DNA of 64,000 nt. Origin: an uncultured Planctomycetota bacterium. Its GTDB lineage: Bacteria; Planctomycetota; Planctomycetia; Isosphaerales; Isosphaeraceae. Shown in pieces: positions 42,037 through 53,201 of this stretch. Below the pieces are notes generated by a model that worked only from the letters and a program-made list of their open reading frames with translations, searched no databases and had not been told where the DNA came from. The translations under genes and the position numbers were made by a program. Where the stretch lies: positions 832,001 through 896,000 of the forward strand of contig CAWGMQ010000008.1 in assembly GCA_963823665.1 (NCBI GenBank). The letters run 5' to 3'. Numbering within the stretch: the stretch's first letter is position 1; each line of letters begins with the position of its first letter.

Positions 42037-42185
42037 CGTGAAGGATCTGCGCCGTGGGAAGGAAATTCGCCCGAGCGCACGTCTGCCCCCGGCTCGGTCT
42101 TGCTCCCGCGAATTCCACCAGAGAATCCTCGGTCCGTACCCGATCTCGGATCTCGTCGGTCGAACTCGATCCCGGAGAAAACCCG

Positions 42186-42635
42186 ATGGCACGCGCGCGC
42201 GTTCGCTTTACCATCGCGGGTCTGATGGGCATCGTGCTGCTCGTGGCAATCGCGTTCGCCGCCCTACGAACGGCAAGTGTATTCTGGGCCAGCGCGATGT
42301 TCAGTATCGCGATTGTGAGTGTTTCGGTGGCGCTGGTCAGAACCCTTGTTCTTCAAGGAAAGACGCGCATGCCCTGGGGTTGCTACGCCGCTCTGGGCCT
42401 GGTTTCCCTCTTGCTCTGGTTCTGGGTTGAACCCTTGAACATCGTGACCGCGCCGCCACACTTATTGGTGTCCTGGGCTCTCCAGGCGCTTATGCCTTAT
42501 GTCAACCCGACCGCGGTTGCCGGAGGTGAGGCCTACGTCTGCTACCAACAAATATGCAGCTCACTGGAAGTGATCGTCCTCGGGCTGGTTGGAGCGATCA
42601 TCGGTCGGTTGATTGCCGGAACGGACAAACAATAA
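42186..42635 (+). CDS. Hypothetical planctomycete membrane protein
   Basis: N-terminal RFTIAGLMGIVLLVAIAFAALR motif and several TM helices. Confidence 0.75.
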   Translation: MARARVRFTIAGLMGIVLLVAIAFAALRTASVFWASAMFSIAIVSVSVALVRTLVLQGKTRMPWGCYAALGLVSLLLWFWVEPLNIVTAPPHLLVSWALQALMPYVNPTAVAGGEAYVCYQQICSSLEVIVLGLVGAIIGRLIAGTDKQ

Positions 42636-42788
42636 ACCGGACCGGGTCGACCCACGGTGCATCAGCCGCAACGATGATGATCGGGAGGCGGGGGCCTTTC
42701 CGGGAGCGACGGTAGCGGCGAACGCAGTTCTCCAGGAGCCGGCGCTGTCCGGCGATTCCGGATGGTCGCAATGTGCGAAGATCTGGCC

Positions 42789-44343
42789 TTACGTCGTCCG
42801 CGCGATGGCCGGAGACCGCTCCGGAGTCTCGGGGGACGTGTAGTCGAACCACCGCTTGTCGAACTCGATCCGGCGGTTTTGCCGCATCGCCATGTTGCTC
42901 GTCAGCGCGATGATCGCATCCGCCATCGCAACCTCGCCGCGGCAGCGCGGCTGGTGCTCCTTGTCGTCGTGGTAGTGCAAGTGATCGCCGTGCCGCACGC
43001 AGTACGCGAAATGCTCGAGCTCTTCGCGATAGCCTCGCGAGGGCTCTGCCGTCGCCAGTGCAGCCCAGGGCCGTCGCGGCACTGGGGCCGGCGAGACTCG
43101 GGCTGGTCTCGAGCGGCTTCTTCCCCTGGCCCTCGACCGTGACGCTCGTCGTGCGCGACAGGCTCGCGTTGCCGGCCTCCTTGTAGAGCAGGATCTCTTT
43201 CTCCTGGCTGACGATCATCGTCCCCTCCGAGCCCATTACCATCTCGCCGTAGCCATCGAACGAGTTTGTGTTGATCGATGAATACGTGACCACGACCCGG
43301 TCTTTCTCGCCCTTGCCGGGGAACTCGAAAAGCGTGAAGACGTGGTCGTCGACTTCGCGGCCGTCGGTGTAGAAGAACGTGCCGCCGATGCCGGTGACCG
43401 CGATGGGATGTTTCTTGTCGAGGAAGATCGAGCAGGCGTCGAGCTGGTGGCTGCCCAGCTCGGCCATCAATCCGGCCCCGGTGCGGTTGTAGAGCCGCCA
43501 GTTGATCAGCTCGTCCAGGCTCTGATAGTCGTATTTCTTGTAATTGATGTCCTTGTCGAGATCGAGGTGAGTTCGTTTCCAGCTATCGCGGTACACGACC
43601 TTGCCGTTCTCGTCGTGCATGATTTCCGGCTGGCCTGTCTTGGGGTCGAAGATCGGGTTGTTGTTCTTGTCGCGTGCGACCATCGGCGTCGCGTTATTGC
43701 GGTGCCAGAGGGCACGGATGTGGCGAATCTCGCCCAGCACGCCGTTCTTGATCAGGAAATTGGCGTTGTCGTAAAGCGCGGAGTAATGCCGCTGGTGCCC
43801 GACGGCAAGCAGCCGGTTCGTGTCACGGGCAACCCGGCACATCTCCTTGCATTCGGCGACCGAGTGTGCCATCAACTTTTCGGTGAAGACATGCTTACCG
43901 TGTTTCATCGCCTCAATTGCGACCGGCGCGTGCAGCCAGAGGGGAAGCGCAATGACGATCATCTCGACCTCGCGGTCTTCGAGCATCTCCTGCTTGGTGT
44001 CGTACCGCTTGAGCTTTTGCACGTCAGCGGAGGAATATTGCTTGTGATTCGAGAATTCCTTGACGGCCCGTGCCTGCTGGGACGGGCGGATATCGCAATA
44101 GCCGATGAAGTCGAGGTAGTCGCGGTTGTGCGAGCGAATCATCGCCTGACAGCCCTCGTCGCCTGTGCCGATGATCGCCGCCTTGACCGGCGCCTTTCCG
44201 CCCATCCCGTGGTAGCCGAAGTAGAAGGCGCCCAGGGCCGGTGCGGCTGCGGCCGCCTTGAGGACGTCGCGGCGCGAAACGCCGAGTACGCGGTCGGCGT
44301 TTTCACGGCCGAGAACGCGCTGTTCCGGAGTCAAGTTGGTCAT
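42789..44343 (-). CDS. Gfo/Idh/MocA family oxidoreductase with a Tat-like signal; frameshift near 43065
   Basis: SRRDVLK, IIGTGDEG, LP..LHA, KHVFTEK and AELGSHQLD motifs. The C-terminus (EPSRGYREELEHFAYC) is in another frame. Confidence 0.9.
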
Positions 44344-44431
44344 CGGTGGCTCCTTGAAGTCGAATAAGCTGTTGCGTGGGTTCTTGGCGAGTCAATTCTA
44401 ACGGAGGATTCGCTCTCAGGACGATCATGAT

Positions 44432-45448
44432 TCACGCCGGTTCTTCCGCCGCCACCGCCGCCGGGGCCGCGTCGGTCTGTGGTTGGAGCCGGGCCGCCCG
44501 TGCGGCCAGCCGGCGCCTCCGGCGTGCGCCAAAGAGCAGGGCGTCGAAGCCGACCCAGTGCCCGTTCGGGGTGGTGGCGATCACCAGGCAGGCGAGCATT
44601 TCAACCAGATTCTTGCTGACAATCAGGTAATTGCCCTCGGCCTTCGGATTTGGCGGCACGCCGGGAAGCGGCGGCATGGCGAGGTAGATCATCGCCAGGA
44701 ACGCCGCCGCAGAGAGCGCCGAGAAACGCGTGAACAAACCCGCCATCATGCACAACCCGATTGCGACCAGCCCGAACATGGTCAGGCGGTTGATCACGTC
44801 GAGGCCGGTCATCGGTGCACCGGGGGAGCCGGCCGATTTCACCTGCTCGGGGCTCGCCACCTTTGCGATAATGGCATCCCGCAGTTCCTTCTGATGTTCA
44901 ATGAGCGGCGAGATCAGTGCGCGGCGGTCGGCCTCCAGGGGGCGGCGGCCGTCGTTGACCCGCTCTTTCTGGTACGAGAGCGACTCCGGATTCAACTCGG
45001 TCTGATCCGTTTCTTGCACGTCGTGCTCATACTTCCGCAGCTTCTCGACGTTTTCCTTGTCGTTGAACCAGTAAGTTGCCCACTGAAGATTCTCCTCCAG
45101 GATCGTCTGAGCCTTCTTTTGCTGCTCCTGATCAAATCCGAAATGACGAGAGATCCTTGAAACGTCGGCGGTCCACTCGGCTTTCAGCCTGTTTGGTTTA
45201 AGCTGAGCCAGGCTGTCGACGTCCGGAATCATCTGCCGGAAATAAGGCGCGAACGGGCCTTGCGCGTTCCGCAGATAGATCTCCGCCGAGAACGGCTCCT
45301 TGCCGCCGCTGTAAGTCGACGAAACCTTCTCAGCGCCCTCGTGCAGGAAATGCCAGCCAATCGCGATCCGCAAGAGAACGATGAAAAGGGCCGCGAGAAA
45401 TCCCGGATAATACCGCGACATGGACCCAGCAGCCTCCGAGTTACTCAT
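44432..45448 (-). CDS. DoxX family membrane protein
   Basis: LLRIAIGWHFLHEG..K and IGLCMMAGLFTR...IVSKNLVE motifs, with a large soluble loop between. Confidence 0.85.
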   Translation of the reverse strand: MSNSEAAGSMSRYYPGFLAALFIVLLRIAIGWHFLHEGAEKVSSTYSGGKEPFSAEIYLRNAQGPFAPYFRQMIPDVDSLAQLKPNRLKAEWTADVSRISRHFGFDQEQQKKAQTILEENLQWATYWFNDKENVEKLRKYEHDVQETDQTELNPESLSYQKERVNDGRRPLEADRRALISPLIEHQKELRDAIIAKVASPEQVKSAGSPGAPMTGLDVINRLTMFGLVAIGLCMMAGLFTRFSALSAAAFLAMIYLAMPPLPGVPPNPKAEGNYLIVSKNLVEMLACLVIATTPNGHWVGFDALLFGARRRRRLAARAARLQPQTDAAPAAVAAEEPA

Positions 45449-45463
45449 CAATCGAAACACCTA

Positions 45464-46520
45464 TCAGTTTACCGTGTAGTCTGCCCGGACAAAATCATTC
45501 TCGCCAAGGCCGAAGACGCGAATTCGCGGGAACGCCTCCGGCGAAGCGCTTTTTTCGACGATCGCCACGCCGACTTCCGGATGATCTGCCGTGTAAGACC
45601 GCGCGGCTTCCGGGCCGAGTAGATAAAATGCGGTGGAAAGAGCATCGGCCATCGCCGCGGACGGCGCCAGCACCGTCACGCTGGCGGGCCCTTGGGCCGG
45701 CTCTCCCGACCGCGGATCGATGATGTGGCCGTAAACCTTGCCGTCGACCACAAATTGCTGGAACGCGGACCCAGAAGTCCCGAGCCCACGGTTCCGCAGA
45801 CGGAAAATCCCGAGAGGCTTCTCCGGTTCGAACGGATTTCGCAATGCCACCTCCCACCGGCCGGCAAACTGACCCGGGGGCGAGCCGAGCGCATAGAGGC
45901 TCGACTGCCCGCCATGCACAATCGCCGAATCGATCAGAGAGTGATCGCGAATCAGCTCGATCGCACGGTCGATCGCATAGCCCTTGCCGATGCTCCCCAG
46001 ATTGATCCGAACCCCAAGGCGGTCGAACGCGACGGTCGAACTTGCGGGGTCAAGCCGCAGGTGCCGCCAGCCCGTGCGAGCGCGAGCTTCCTTGCAGCGC
46101 CAGCGCATCTGGCACCCGCTTCGGCCCCTTGACGAAGCCCCAGGCTTCAGACAGGGCGCCTGAAGTGACATCATAGGCGCCGGCCGAGTCGCGGCTGATC
46201 TCCACCGCCGATTCCAAGAGACTGAATAGCCGCCGCTCGACTCGCACCGGTCCTAGATGGGCAGTCCGGTTCAGTTCGCTGATCTCCGAGTCGTCGCGAT
46301 AGACTGTCATCTGCAGTTCCAGCTCCTCGATCAAGTCGAGCGCACGGCACGAAAGGCCAACCGCGTTCGACATTGTCGCCGGCAGCCGGACCTCGAAAAA
46401 AGATCCCATCGCCGGACGATGCGCGCGAATGAGATCGGACCTGGCCGGGCGGGGTTCGCCGCACCGGAGATCCCCGGGGCGGTCAGCCGTACGCCGACGC
46501 AGGAGGTCGCGGCGATTCAC
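45464..46520 (-). CDS. apbE: FAD:protein FMN transferase; frameshift near 46095
   Basis: AMGS.F, SEISELN, GAYDVT, INLGSIGKGYAID, GG.SS, TSG..Q, HIIDPRSG and ADALSTA motifs. Confidence 0.88.
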
Positions 46521-46743
46521 GCCGGAACGAAGCCGTTTCACGAGAAAGCTCGCCGATGCCAAGGTGGGTCAAAAGCGAATGGACCATTCAAGTATATCGT
46601 GACAGGAGCCTGATCTCCATCTGGTCTTCGCCCGAGCCAGGAAGCGGTCAATACCGGATCACAAATTGCGCGCGTCCGCCACGAGTGACCTAGAATTACC
46701 AGAGAGAGCGTTCGTCGGGAGGAAACGTGGCGGCGAGACTGTG

Positions 46744-48210
46744 ATGGTCGCGAACTTCACTCGGTTCATGCGTCTCGTACCGGCACCGGCTGACGCCGTC
46801 TTCTGCTTTGTGCTCGGCCTCATCCTGCTCGGGGGCCGACATGGACTGCTGAATGACCCCGGCACGCCGTGGCACTTGCAGTTGGGCCGGCAAATCATCG
46901 CGTCGGGAGAGGTGCCGCGCTCGGATACGCTCACTTTCACCCGTACTGGCGTGCCCTGGGTCGACCAGTCGTGGGCGTTCGACGTCTTGCTCGCGCTGCT
47001 CGTGGACCACTGGGGCTGGTCGGCCGCGGTCGCGCTGGCCGCCCTGGGCCTGGCTTGGCTCTACCGCACGATGACGCGTGACTTGATTCGTGACGGGGTC
47101 TCCCCGGTGATCGCTGCGGTCGTCTCGGTCTTCGCCGTCTGCATTGGCGCGATCCACTTCCTGTTGCGCCCGCATCTCTTCACGTTCGCCTTCGTGTATC
47201 TGGCCCTTCGCGCCTGTCAGGCCCAGCACGAGCGCGGGGGATGGGCGGTCCTAAAAGTAACGATTTACACCCTGCTCCTCGCCAATCTGCATGGCGGCTT
47301 CGTCGCTCTGCCCCTGATCGTGGCCACCGCGGGACTTGGGCATGCTCTTTCAGGTTCGTGGGACGCCGCACGGCAGCAGAACACGGCAAGATTCGGGCTA
47401 GGGTTCCTCGCGTGCTGCCTGGCTGCCTTTGTCAATCCGTACGGAATCGGGCTCTACCGTCACGTGGTGGGTTTGCTCTGGTCGAGTGGAGTGACCAGCC
47501 TGATCATCGAGTATCAGCCCCCGCATTTCGGCACGCCCGAGGCCCAGGTGCTGGAGTGGGTGCTGCTGGCGCTCGTTGGTTTGCCGGTGGTCTCGGCCAG
47601 TCGCGTGAACCGTTATCAACTGTGCCACGTGCTGGTCTGGCTGCACCTTGCGCTCGCGTCGATCAGAAATGCTCCTCTCTTCGCGTTGGTGGCCGCTCCG
47701 GCGCTCGCGATCTTGATCGACGGCATGCCGCTTTCGTTGCGCTCGGCCTGGAAACGAGCCGAGCGCCCGCCGCTCCTTCCGGTTCTCGCAACGTACGGCG
47801 TGCTGTTTCTGGTGATGGGTGGCGTGACCATCGGTGGTTTTGACCGCAAGAAATGGCCCCTGAGCGCGCTGGGTGCTCTGAATCGTGAGCCAACCGGCTC
47901 ACGGCTGTTCCACGAGCAAGATTGGGGCGGCCTGATCGCCGCCGAGTGCCGGCCCGAGCGCCGGTCGTACCTGGACGACCGATTCGAGCTATTCGGGAAA
48001 GAAGCGATCCTCGAATACATTGATGTACTCTCGGGTGGCCCTGCGTGGGATACTGTGCGCGCCCGCGACCGCATCGACATGGTCTGGCTGCGCCCGGAAC
48101 GCGGTCTGGCCAAGCGACTGTTGCACGACCCCGGTTGGAATGTCGTCTATCGCGACAAAGTGTCGGTCCTCTTGAAGCAAGCACGGACTCCGCGAGTTGC
48201 GTCGCGCTAG
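46744..48210 (+). CDS. Multi-TM membrane protein, possibly GT-C-like
   Basis: DPGTPWHL..G..I, RPH.FT, ANLHGGF, NPYG and DDRFELFG motifs, with many TM helices. Confidence 0.8.
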   Translation: MVANFTRFMRLVPAPADAVFCFVLGLILLGGRHGLLNDPGTPWHLQLGRQIIASGEVPRSDTLTFTRTGVPWVDQSWAFDVLLALLVDHWGWSAAVALAALGLAWLYRTMTRDLIRDGVSPVIAAVVSVFAVCIGAIHFLLRPHLFTFAFVYLALRACQAQHERGGWAVLKVTIYTLLLANLHGGFVALPLIVATAGLGHALSGSWDAARQQNTARFGLGFLACCLAAFVNPYGIGLYRHVVGLLWSSGVTSLIIEYQPPHFGTPEAQVLEWVLLALVGLPVVSASRVNRYQLCHVLVWLHLALASIRNAPLFALVAAPALAILIDGMPLSLRSAWKRAERPPLLPVLATYGVLFLVMGGVTIGGFDRKKWPLSALGALNREPTGSRLFHEQDWGGLIAAECRPERRSYLDDRFELFGKEAILEYIDVLSGGPAWDTVRARDRIDMVWLRPERGLAKRLLHDPGWNVVYRDKVSVLLKQARTPRVASR

Positions 48211-48247
48211 CCGGCCGTTCGGATGCGCTCCATCCAATTCCGTGGCA

Positions 48248-49678
48248 TCATCCGTTTTCTTTGTTCGCCTCGGGCTTCGAGGCCGGCTTGTCCTTGGGCT
48301 TCTTTTCTGCTTTGAGTGCGATCCGCACGGCCTGTATCAGCTCGTCCGGAAGTGGGATTGTCCATTCGCTCGCCTGCCCGAGCCGTGCCACGAAGCTGGC
48401 ATCCGCCCGTTCCCAGTACTCCGGCGGTGGCTCGATGATCGATGGGCCTTCCTCCTTCGCTCGTGGCGATTTTGGGTTCCCGCTCGAATCAAGCGATCCA
48501 GCCGCGGAATCGCGTTGACCTTGACGACGCGCGGGAGGTCTCGCGCCCGCCACGAGCTCGAATCGCCTTCGACCGGGCTGAACGTCCGGCACACGCCGCC
48601 AAACCGCCAGTCCCACGAGCCCGTAATTGCCGACTTGCAGAAGCGCCGGTGAACCTCGAGGCGCTGGCCCGTCGAGACGATCCTCACGCAGATCGAGAAA
48701 CGCTCCTTCACGGTGCCCGATCGCGTCGACTCGGGGCTCTGCCCCGATCGGCTTGAACGTGGTGATTGCGTCCGATGGGCCGAGGATCACGGATTGAAAC
48801 GGCCAGCTCGGGAGCGATTCACTCGGCATCCAACGCGTGCCGTCGGCTGTTTCCAGGTAGCAAAACCGCAGGGTCATGGCAAGCACGAGCGCCTCGGTCT
48901 CGAGATCAGCCGGCCAAGGGCATCGCAGCCGCACGCCCACATTCGTCGCCTTGCTCGACGGGCAAACGATTAGCTTGTCGACAGCTTCGTCCGGTTGAAT
49001 ATCGATATTCACGGACGCGGTAAGCTTTCCATCGGCCCTGTTCCGAGTGATACCGCACCAGCAGACACCGGGGTGCAGCAAGCCAAACTCGGCCACGCCG
49101 GCCTGATTTGTTTCGCGCAACACGGGATTGGGAATCTGCTCGCCCCAAAGGTTCAGCGACGCGCCGGCCAAGGGTGCTCCCTGAGCGCTCTCTTCTCTAA
49201 CCGAGACGCGCACCTGATTCCAGTCCGGCGAGCGCGGGTGTTTGATCGCTTCGGTCATCTGCTGTAACCGCTTGAGCATCTCGCGCTCCCGCACAGCGGC
49301 TTCGGCCGCACTGGCGTGGGCTAGCGCAACTTGCTCGGCTGCGATTCGCTGGGCCTGGATCGATTGCTGCCATAACAGTCCGACGAGGGCCAAACAGACC
49401 ACCGTCGCCAGCACAGACGAACCGACCAGCACACGTTGAGCCATGATCTTCCCCCTCATCGCATCGAGCCACAGCCGGCAAGCCACCGCAGCCGGATCGC
49501 CGAAATGTTCGAGAACTTGATGCCGCGCAACCGATGAATCCGCTCCCCTCAAGATCTCACGATGATAGGAACACACCAGGTGGTCGTTCAGCTCGTCGAG
49601 AATGTCCTGCCTCAACCGCGCAGGCTCATCCGGCCGGGGCCGCGGGAGCTGTGCGGAGAGACTGTCTCGAAAATCCAT
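48248..49678 (-). CDS. PadR-associated single-TM protein (permease-prefix-like N-terminus, carboxypeptidase-regulatory-like domain)
   Basis: RQDILDELNDHL..FGDPAAVA, then TM, coiled coil and G.PLAGA...TNQAG.A.F; directly follows padR. Confidence 0.75.
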   Translation of the reverse strand: MDFRDSLSAQLPRPRPDEPARLRQDILDELNDHLVCSYHREILRGADSSVARHQVLEHFGDPAAVACRLWLDAMRGKIMAQRVLVGSSVLATVVCLALVGLLWQQSIQAQRIAAEQVALAHASAAEAAVREREMLKRLQQMTEAIKHPRSPDWNQVRVSVREESAQGAPLAGASLNLWGEQIPNPVLRETNQAGVAEFGLLHPGVCWCGITRNRADGKLTASVNIDIQPDEAVDKLIVCPSSKATNVGVRLRCPWPADLETEALVLAMTLRFCYLETADGTRWMPSESLPSWPFQSVILGPSDAITTFKPIGAEPRVDAIGHREGAFLDLREDRLDGPAPRGSPALLQVGNYGLVGLAVWRRVPDVQPGRRRFELVAGARPPARRQGQRDSAAGSLDSSGNPKSPRAKEEGPSIIEPPPEYWERADASFVARLGQASEWTIPLPDELIQAVRIALKAEKKPKDKPASKPEANKENG

Positions 49679-49680
49679 GA

Positions 49681-50022
49681 TCAGCCGCCGTTCAAAGCGA
49701 GCCGGCTCGTACCCAGCACGCCGTTTACCCCCGCCGCGAAGCTCTGCCATGAGCGCTTCCGCGCAGCCAGCTCGGTGCGACCCACTTGCGTCAGCTCATA
49801 ATATTTTCGCCGCCGCCCGTCAGCCTCTCGCCAGGACGATCGCAACAGGTTCTGTCGCTCCAGCCGGTGCAGCGCAGGATACAGAGATCCCTCCTTCAGC
49901 TCGAAATACCCTCCAGATCGCTCGCCGACCGTCTGCGCAAGCGCATACCCATACGTCGGCCCCTCACTGGCCACCTCCAGAATCAACATCTCCACCGCAC
50001 TTCCCAGAAATTGGGAGTCCAT
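49681..50022 (-). CDS. PadR family transcriptional regulator
   Basis: LIL.V...P.YGYAL, KEGSLYPALHRLE and RRRKYYELT..GR motifs. Confidence 0.95.
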   Translation of the reverse strand: MDSQFLGSAVEMLILEVASEGPTYGYALAQTVGERSGGYFELKEGSLYPALHRLERQNLLRSSWREADGRRRKYYELTQVGRTELAARKRSWQSFAAGVNGVLGTSRLALNGG

Positions 50023-50195
50023 ACCTCGACCTCCTATGCATTACTATCTAATACATAGAGCTTCGAGGTATCGAAGTCAAGAAAGGGATAGCGGGTTTTT
50101 GTGCGATCTCACTCCAACGCGACCGCCTCGCAGCGCAGCGTCGAGCGATGGCAGTCGAACCCTCGTCACGAGACTGCGAGTCAGGGCAGGGGCCC

Positions 50196-51401
50196 CTACT
50201 TCGACTTGGTGAGATTCTCGAAGAGGTAAAGTCCGCTCTTCCCGGGGCAAACCAGGTCGATATCCCCGTCGCCATCGATATCCACGGCGGTCACCTGCAA
50301 CCCAGTGCCGGCCGTTCCGGGTGGAAAGTCCTTGAGCGCAAGGCGTTCTTCCTTCTTCGCCGAAGCGTTCTTCGCGGCCTCACCCTGGAAGATCACGTGC
50401 CGGACCCAGCCCTTCGTCTGCGCGTCGAAGTGGTACCAGGCGATGACCGAGCCGTCGGTGTCGCCCGGCTCTACCTCGTGCGCATAGACTCGCTTGCCCG
50501 TAACCAGCTCGAGCGCTTTGCCGTCGCCGTCGATGTCCGCCCACAGAAGCGTGTGGACCGAAGCAATCGAGCTATCGACAGTCCCCTTGGTCCACGTGCG
50601 CTCGCCGCTGGCGCTCTTGCCCTGGCGAAGCCAGAACAGGCCATAGTCGTGCCCCATGCCATAGACTACGTCCGAAAGCCCGTCGCCGTCGACGTCGCGC
50701 GCCAGCATCTGGATGCCCGTCGCTCCCGCCTGCCATTCCGGGTGCCAGACCCAACTGTCATGCGCTGGGTCAGCCGGAGCCTCGAACCAGCCCTTGGGTG
50801 TGAGCAGGTCGGTGCGGCCATCGCCGTTCACATCGCCTGAGCCTACCCCATGGCCGGCGGCCTCCTTGCCGAAATCGTGCTTCTTGAGCTCGTGCCCCTT
50901 CCCATCGGCGCTTTTCTTGACCTCGTACCAAACAACCGTGTTCACAGTGTTGGGCAGGACGTCCGGCACCATGTCGCCCGAAAGGTCGACCATCCAGGCC
51001 GCCTCGATGTTGCCGGGCTTGTCGATCTCATGATAGGTCCAGGCTGCGCCAGGCTTCCCGGGGTTCTCCACCCAACCGACATCTTGGCCAAAATAAGAGC
51101 ATGTGATGAAGTCGATATTCCCGTCGCCGTTGATGTCGAGCGGAAGAGTTGCAAAATCATTGTAGTACGTGCCGACCCGGGTCACCTCACGGACCGGAAA
51201 AGCCTTCCATGCGGGGGCTTGGTACCAACTCGCGCCCGAGACGATGTCGAGCTGCCCGTCGTTATCGACATCCATCACACCAGCCGCCTCGAATTCGCTC
51301 CGGCCATTGATCGTGTGGAGCTTCCATTTCGGGTCGTCGGCCCGCGCAGCGGCGGCACAACCAAGCAGAACAACGGAAACCAGCGCTCTTGATCGCATCA
51401 T
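50196..51401 (-). CDS. Secreted VCBS/FG-GAP repeat protein
   Basis: Signal peptide and multiple DxDGDGxxD motifs. Confidence 0.9.
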   Translation of the reverse strand: MMRSRALVSVVLLGCAAAARADDPKWKLHTINGRSEFEAAGVMDVDNDGQLDIVSGASWYQAPAWKAFPVREVTRVGTYYNDFATLPLDINGDGNIDFITCSYFGQDVGWVENPGKPGAAWTYHEIDKPGNIEAAWMVDLSGDMVPDVLPNTVNTVVWYEVKKSADGKGHELKKHDFGKEAAGHGVGSGDVNGDGRTDLLTPKGWFEAPADPAHDSWVWHPEWQAGATGIQMLARDVDGDGLSDVVYGMGHDYGLFWLRQGKSASGERTWTKGTVDSSIASVHTLLWADIDGDGKALELVTGKRVYAHEVEPGDTDGSVIAWYHFDAQTKGWVRHVIFQGEAAKNASAKKEERLALKDFPPGTAGTGLQVTAVDIDGDGDIDLVCPGKSGLYLFENLTKSK

Positions 51402-51413
51402 TGATTTGCTCTC

Positions 51414-52736
51414 TTAAACCGTGGGAAGAGTCCATGGCTCGCGGTATGTCTTGGTCAGGAACTGGTTGGCTTCGGTATGGTTCGTGATCCGTTCCGAGAC
51501 CGAATCCCACGTCAGCTTCTCGCCCGTCCAGAGCGAGATGTTGCCCAGATTGCCGACGGTCGCCAGACGATGCCCGTAGCCGAAATGGCACGAGCACTGG
51601 GCACGGCTCTTGATGGCGTTCAGCCACTCGCGGTGATGACCTGGCGAGCGTGGCAGGCTCTCGGGCGGCTCGACAATCCTGCGCTTGCCCTCGGGGAAGA
51701 TTTTGTGCGAGCGGTAATCGGCCACGAGAGTTCCCTCGGTTCCCTGAAACATGATGCCTAGTCCCTGATTATCGAAGCCGTGTTTGCTGGCATCCGTCTG
51801 GCTCCAGACCATCAGGAACTTCTGGTTGGCCTTCTCGTATTCGTAAGTGACCTCGAGTGTGTCGGGCACCTCGGCGTTGTCGTTGCGGGCGTAGCGGCCG
51901 CCGGTCGCCGAGATCGTCCTGGGCGCATCGACTTCCATGGCCCAGTGGACGAGGTCGACAATATGGCAGCAGAAATCGGTCAGAATGCCGCCGCCATAGT
52001 CCCAGAAATAGCGCCAGTTGAACGTGAATCGATTGGGATTGAAGGACCGCTTTGGTGCAGGGCCGAGCCAGAAATCGTAGTCGCAGCCCTCCGGCGCAGC
52101 CGAATCGGCAGGGCGGCCGAGGTCGTCCCGGTCATTAGCGAGCCAGACTCGCGTCTTGAAGATCTTGCCCAGGACTCCTGAGCGGACGATCTCGACGACC
52201 CGATGGTAGTTCTTGTCGGCGTGAATCAGGTTGCCCATTTGGCTGACCCGCTTGTACTTTTCGACGGCCTGCACCATGGCCCGGCCTTCCTGGATGCGAT
52301 GCGCCAGCGGCTTCTCGCAGTACACATCCTTTCCGGCCTGGCACGCCATGATCGTCGTGATTCCGTGCCAGTGATCGGGCGTGGCGATGACGACGGCATC
52401 GATGTCCTTGCGATCGAGTACACGCCGAAAGTCCGAGAAAACCGCCGGTGAACTGCCCGCTGCCGCGAAGGCGCGATTAAGGTGTGGCTCGTAAACGTCA
52501 CACACCGCGGCGATCGATACCTCAGGAAAGCTCTTGAAGATCTTGACCAGGCCGGTCCCCATTCCGCCGACGCCGATAAAACCGAGCACGATTCGCTCAC
52601 TCGGTGGAACGGCTTTCCGTTCGGGCTCTTGCTGGCTCTTCGACTCCTGGGCCGCCGCGCTGCTGCCCTTGCCCAGCTTGCTGACGGCTGCCAGCGCCCC
52701 GGCCGCCATGACTTCGCGTCGACTCCAGTTGCGCAT
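51414..52736 (-). CDS. Gfo/Idh/MocA family oxidoreductase (Tat-exported)
   Basis: SRREV, GFIGVGGMG, ATPDHWH, DVYCEKP, WLGPAP and WRYFWDYGGG motifs. Confidence 0.93.
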   Translation of the reverse strand: MRNWSRREVMAAGALAAVSKLGKGSSAAAQESKSQQEPERKAVPPSERIVLGFIGVGGMGTGLVKIFKSFPEVSIAAVCDVYEPHLNRAFAAAGSSPAVFSDFRRVLDRKDIDAVVIATPDHWHGITTIMACQAGKDVYCEKPLAHRIQEGRAMVQAVEKYKRVSQMGNLIHADKNYHRVVEIVRSGVLGKIFKTRVWLANDRDDLGRPADSAAPEGCDYDFWLGPAPKRSFNPNRFTFNWRYFWDYGGGILTDFCCHIVDLVHWAMEVDAPRTISATGGRYARNDNAEVPDTLEVTYEYEKANQKFLMVWSQTDASKHGFDNQGLGIMFQGTEGTLVADYRSHKIFPEGKRRIVEPPESLPRSPGHHREWLNAIKSRAQCSCHFGYGHRLATVGNLGNISLWTGEKLTWDSVSERITNHTEANQFLTKTYREPWTLPTV

Positions 52737-53201
52737 TCCTGCCTCCGGGCTGACCCGATTTCCCAAACGATCGATCGCGTTGAATCACCAGCCTTCTTCT
52801 TCGATCGATTAGCCCACGTCAAGCCCCCCCGATCATTTTCTTTCCTCAAGTAAGCACCCATGCTCGAAAGTCGCGCCGGAATGGAATCCGCGCGGGCCGG
52901 GCCGTCCCAGCGCGGTTTGTCGCTCTTGTTAAAGAGGATGCTAACGGATCGGCGTCACGATAGGCGACCGGTCCGGGTCTTCTCTCTGCCGCGAAGATCG
53001 AGTTCCACTCGCCAGCTCCGCTGCAGGCCAGATCACAAAAAGCCGCCGGACGACGCCGGAACTGATGACACCTGGACTCGGGCCCTCTACAATGTCGTCT
53101 TCGATCCTGCATCCGGGTTTCCGTTCCGTGTAACTGCATTACTGGGATCATGATCGTTCAGCCACCTGATTCGCGTTCATTCCTACCGGAGATTCGCCAC
53201 C

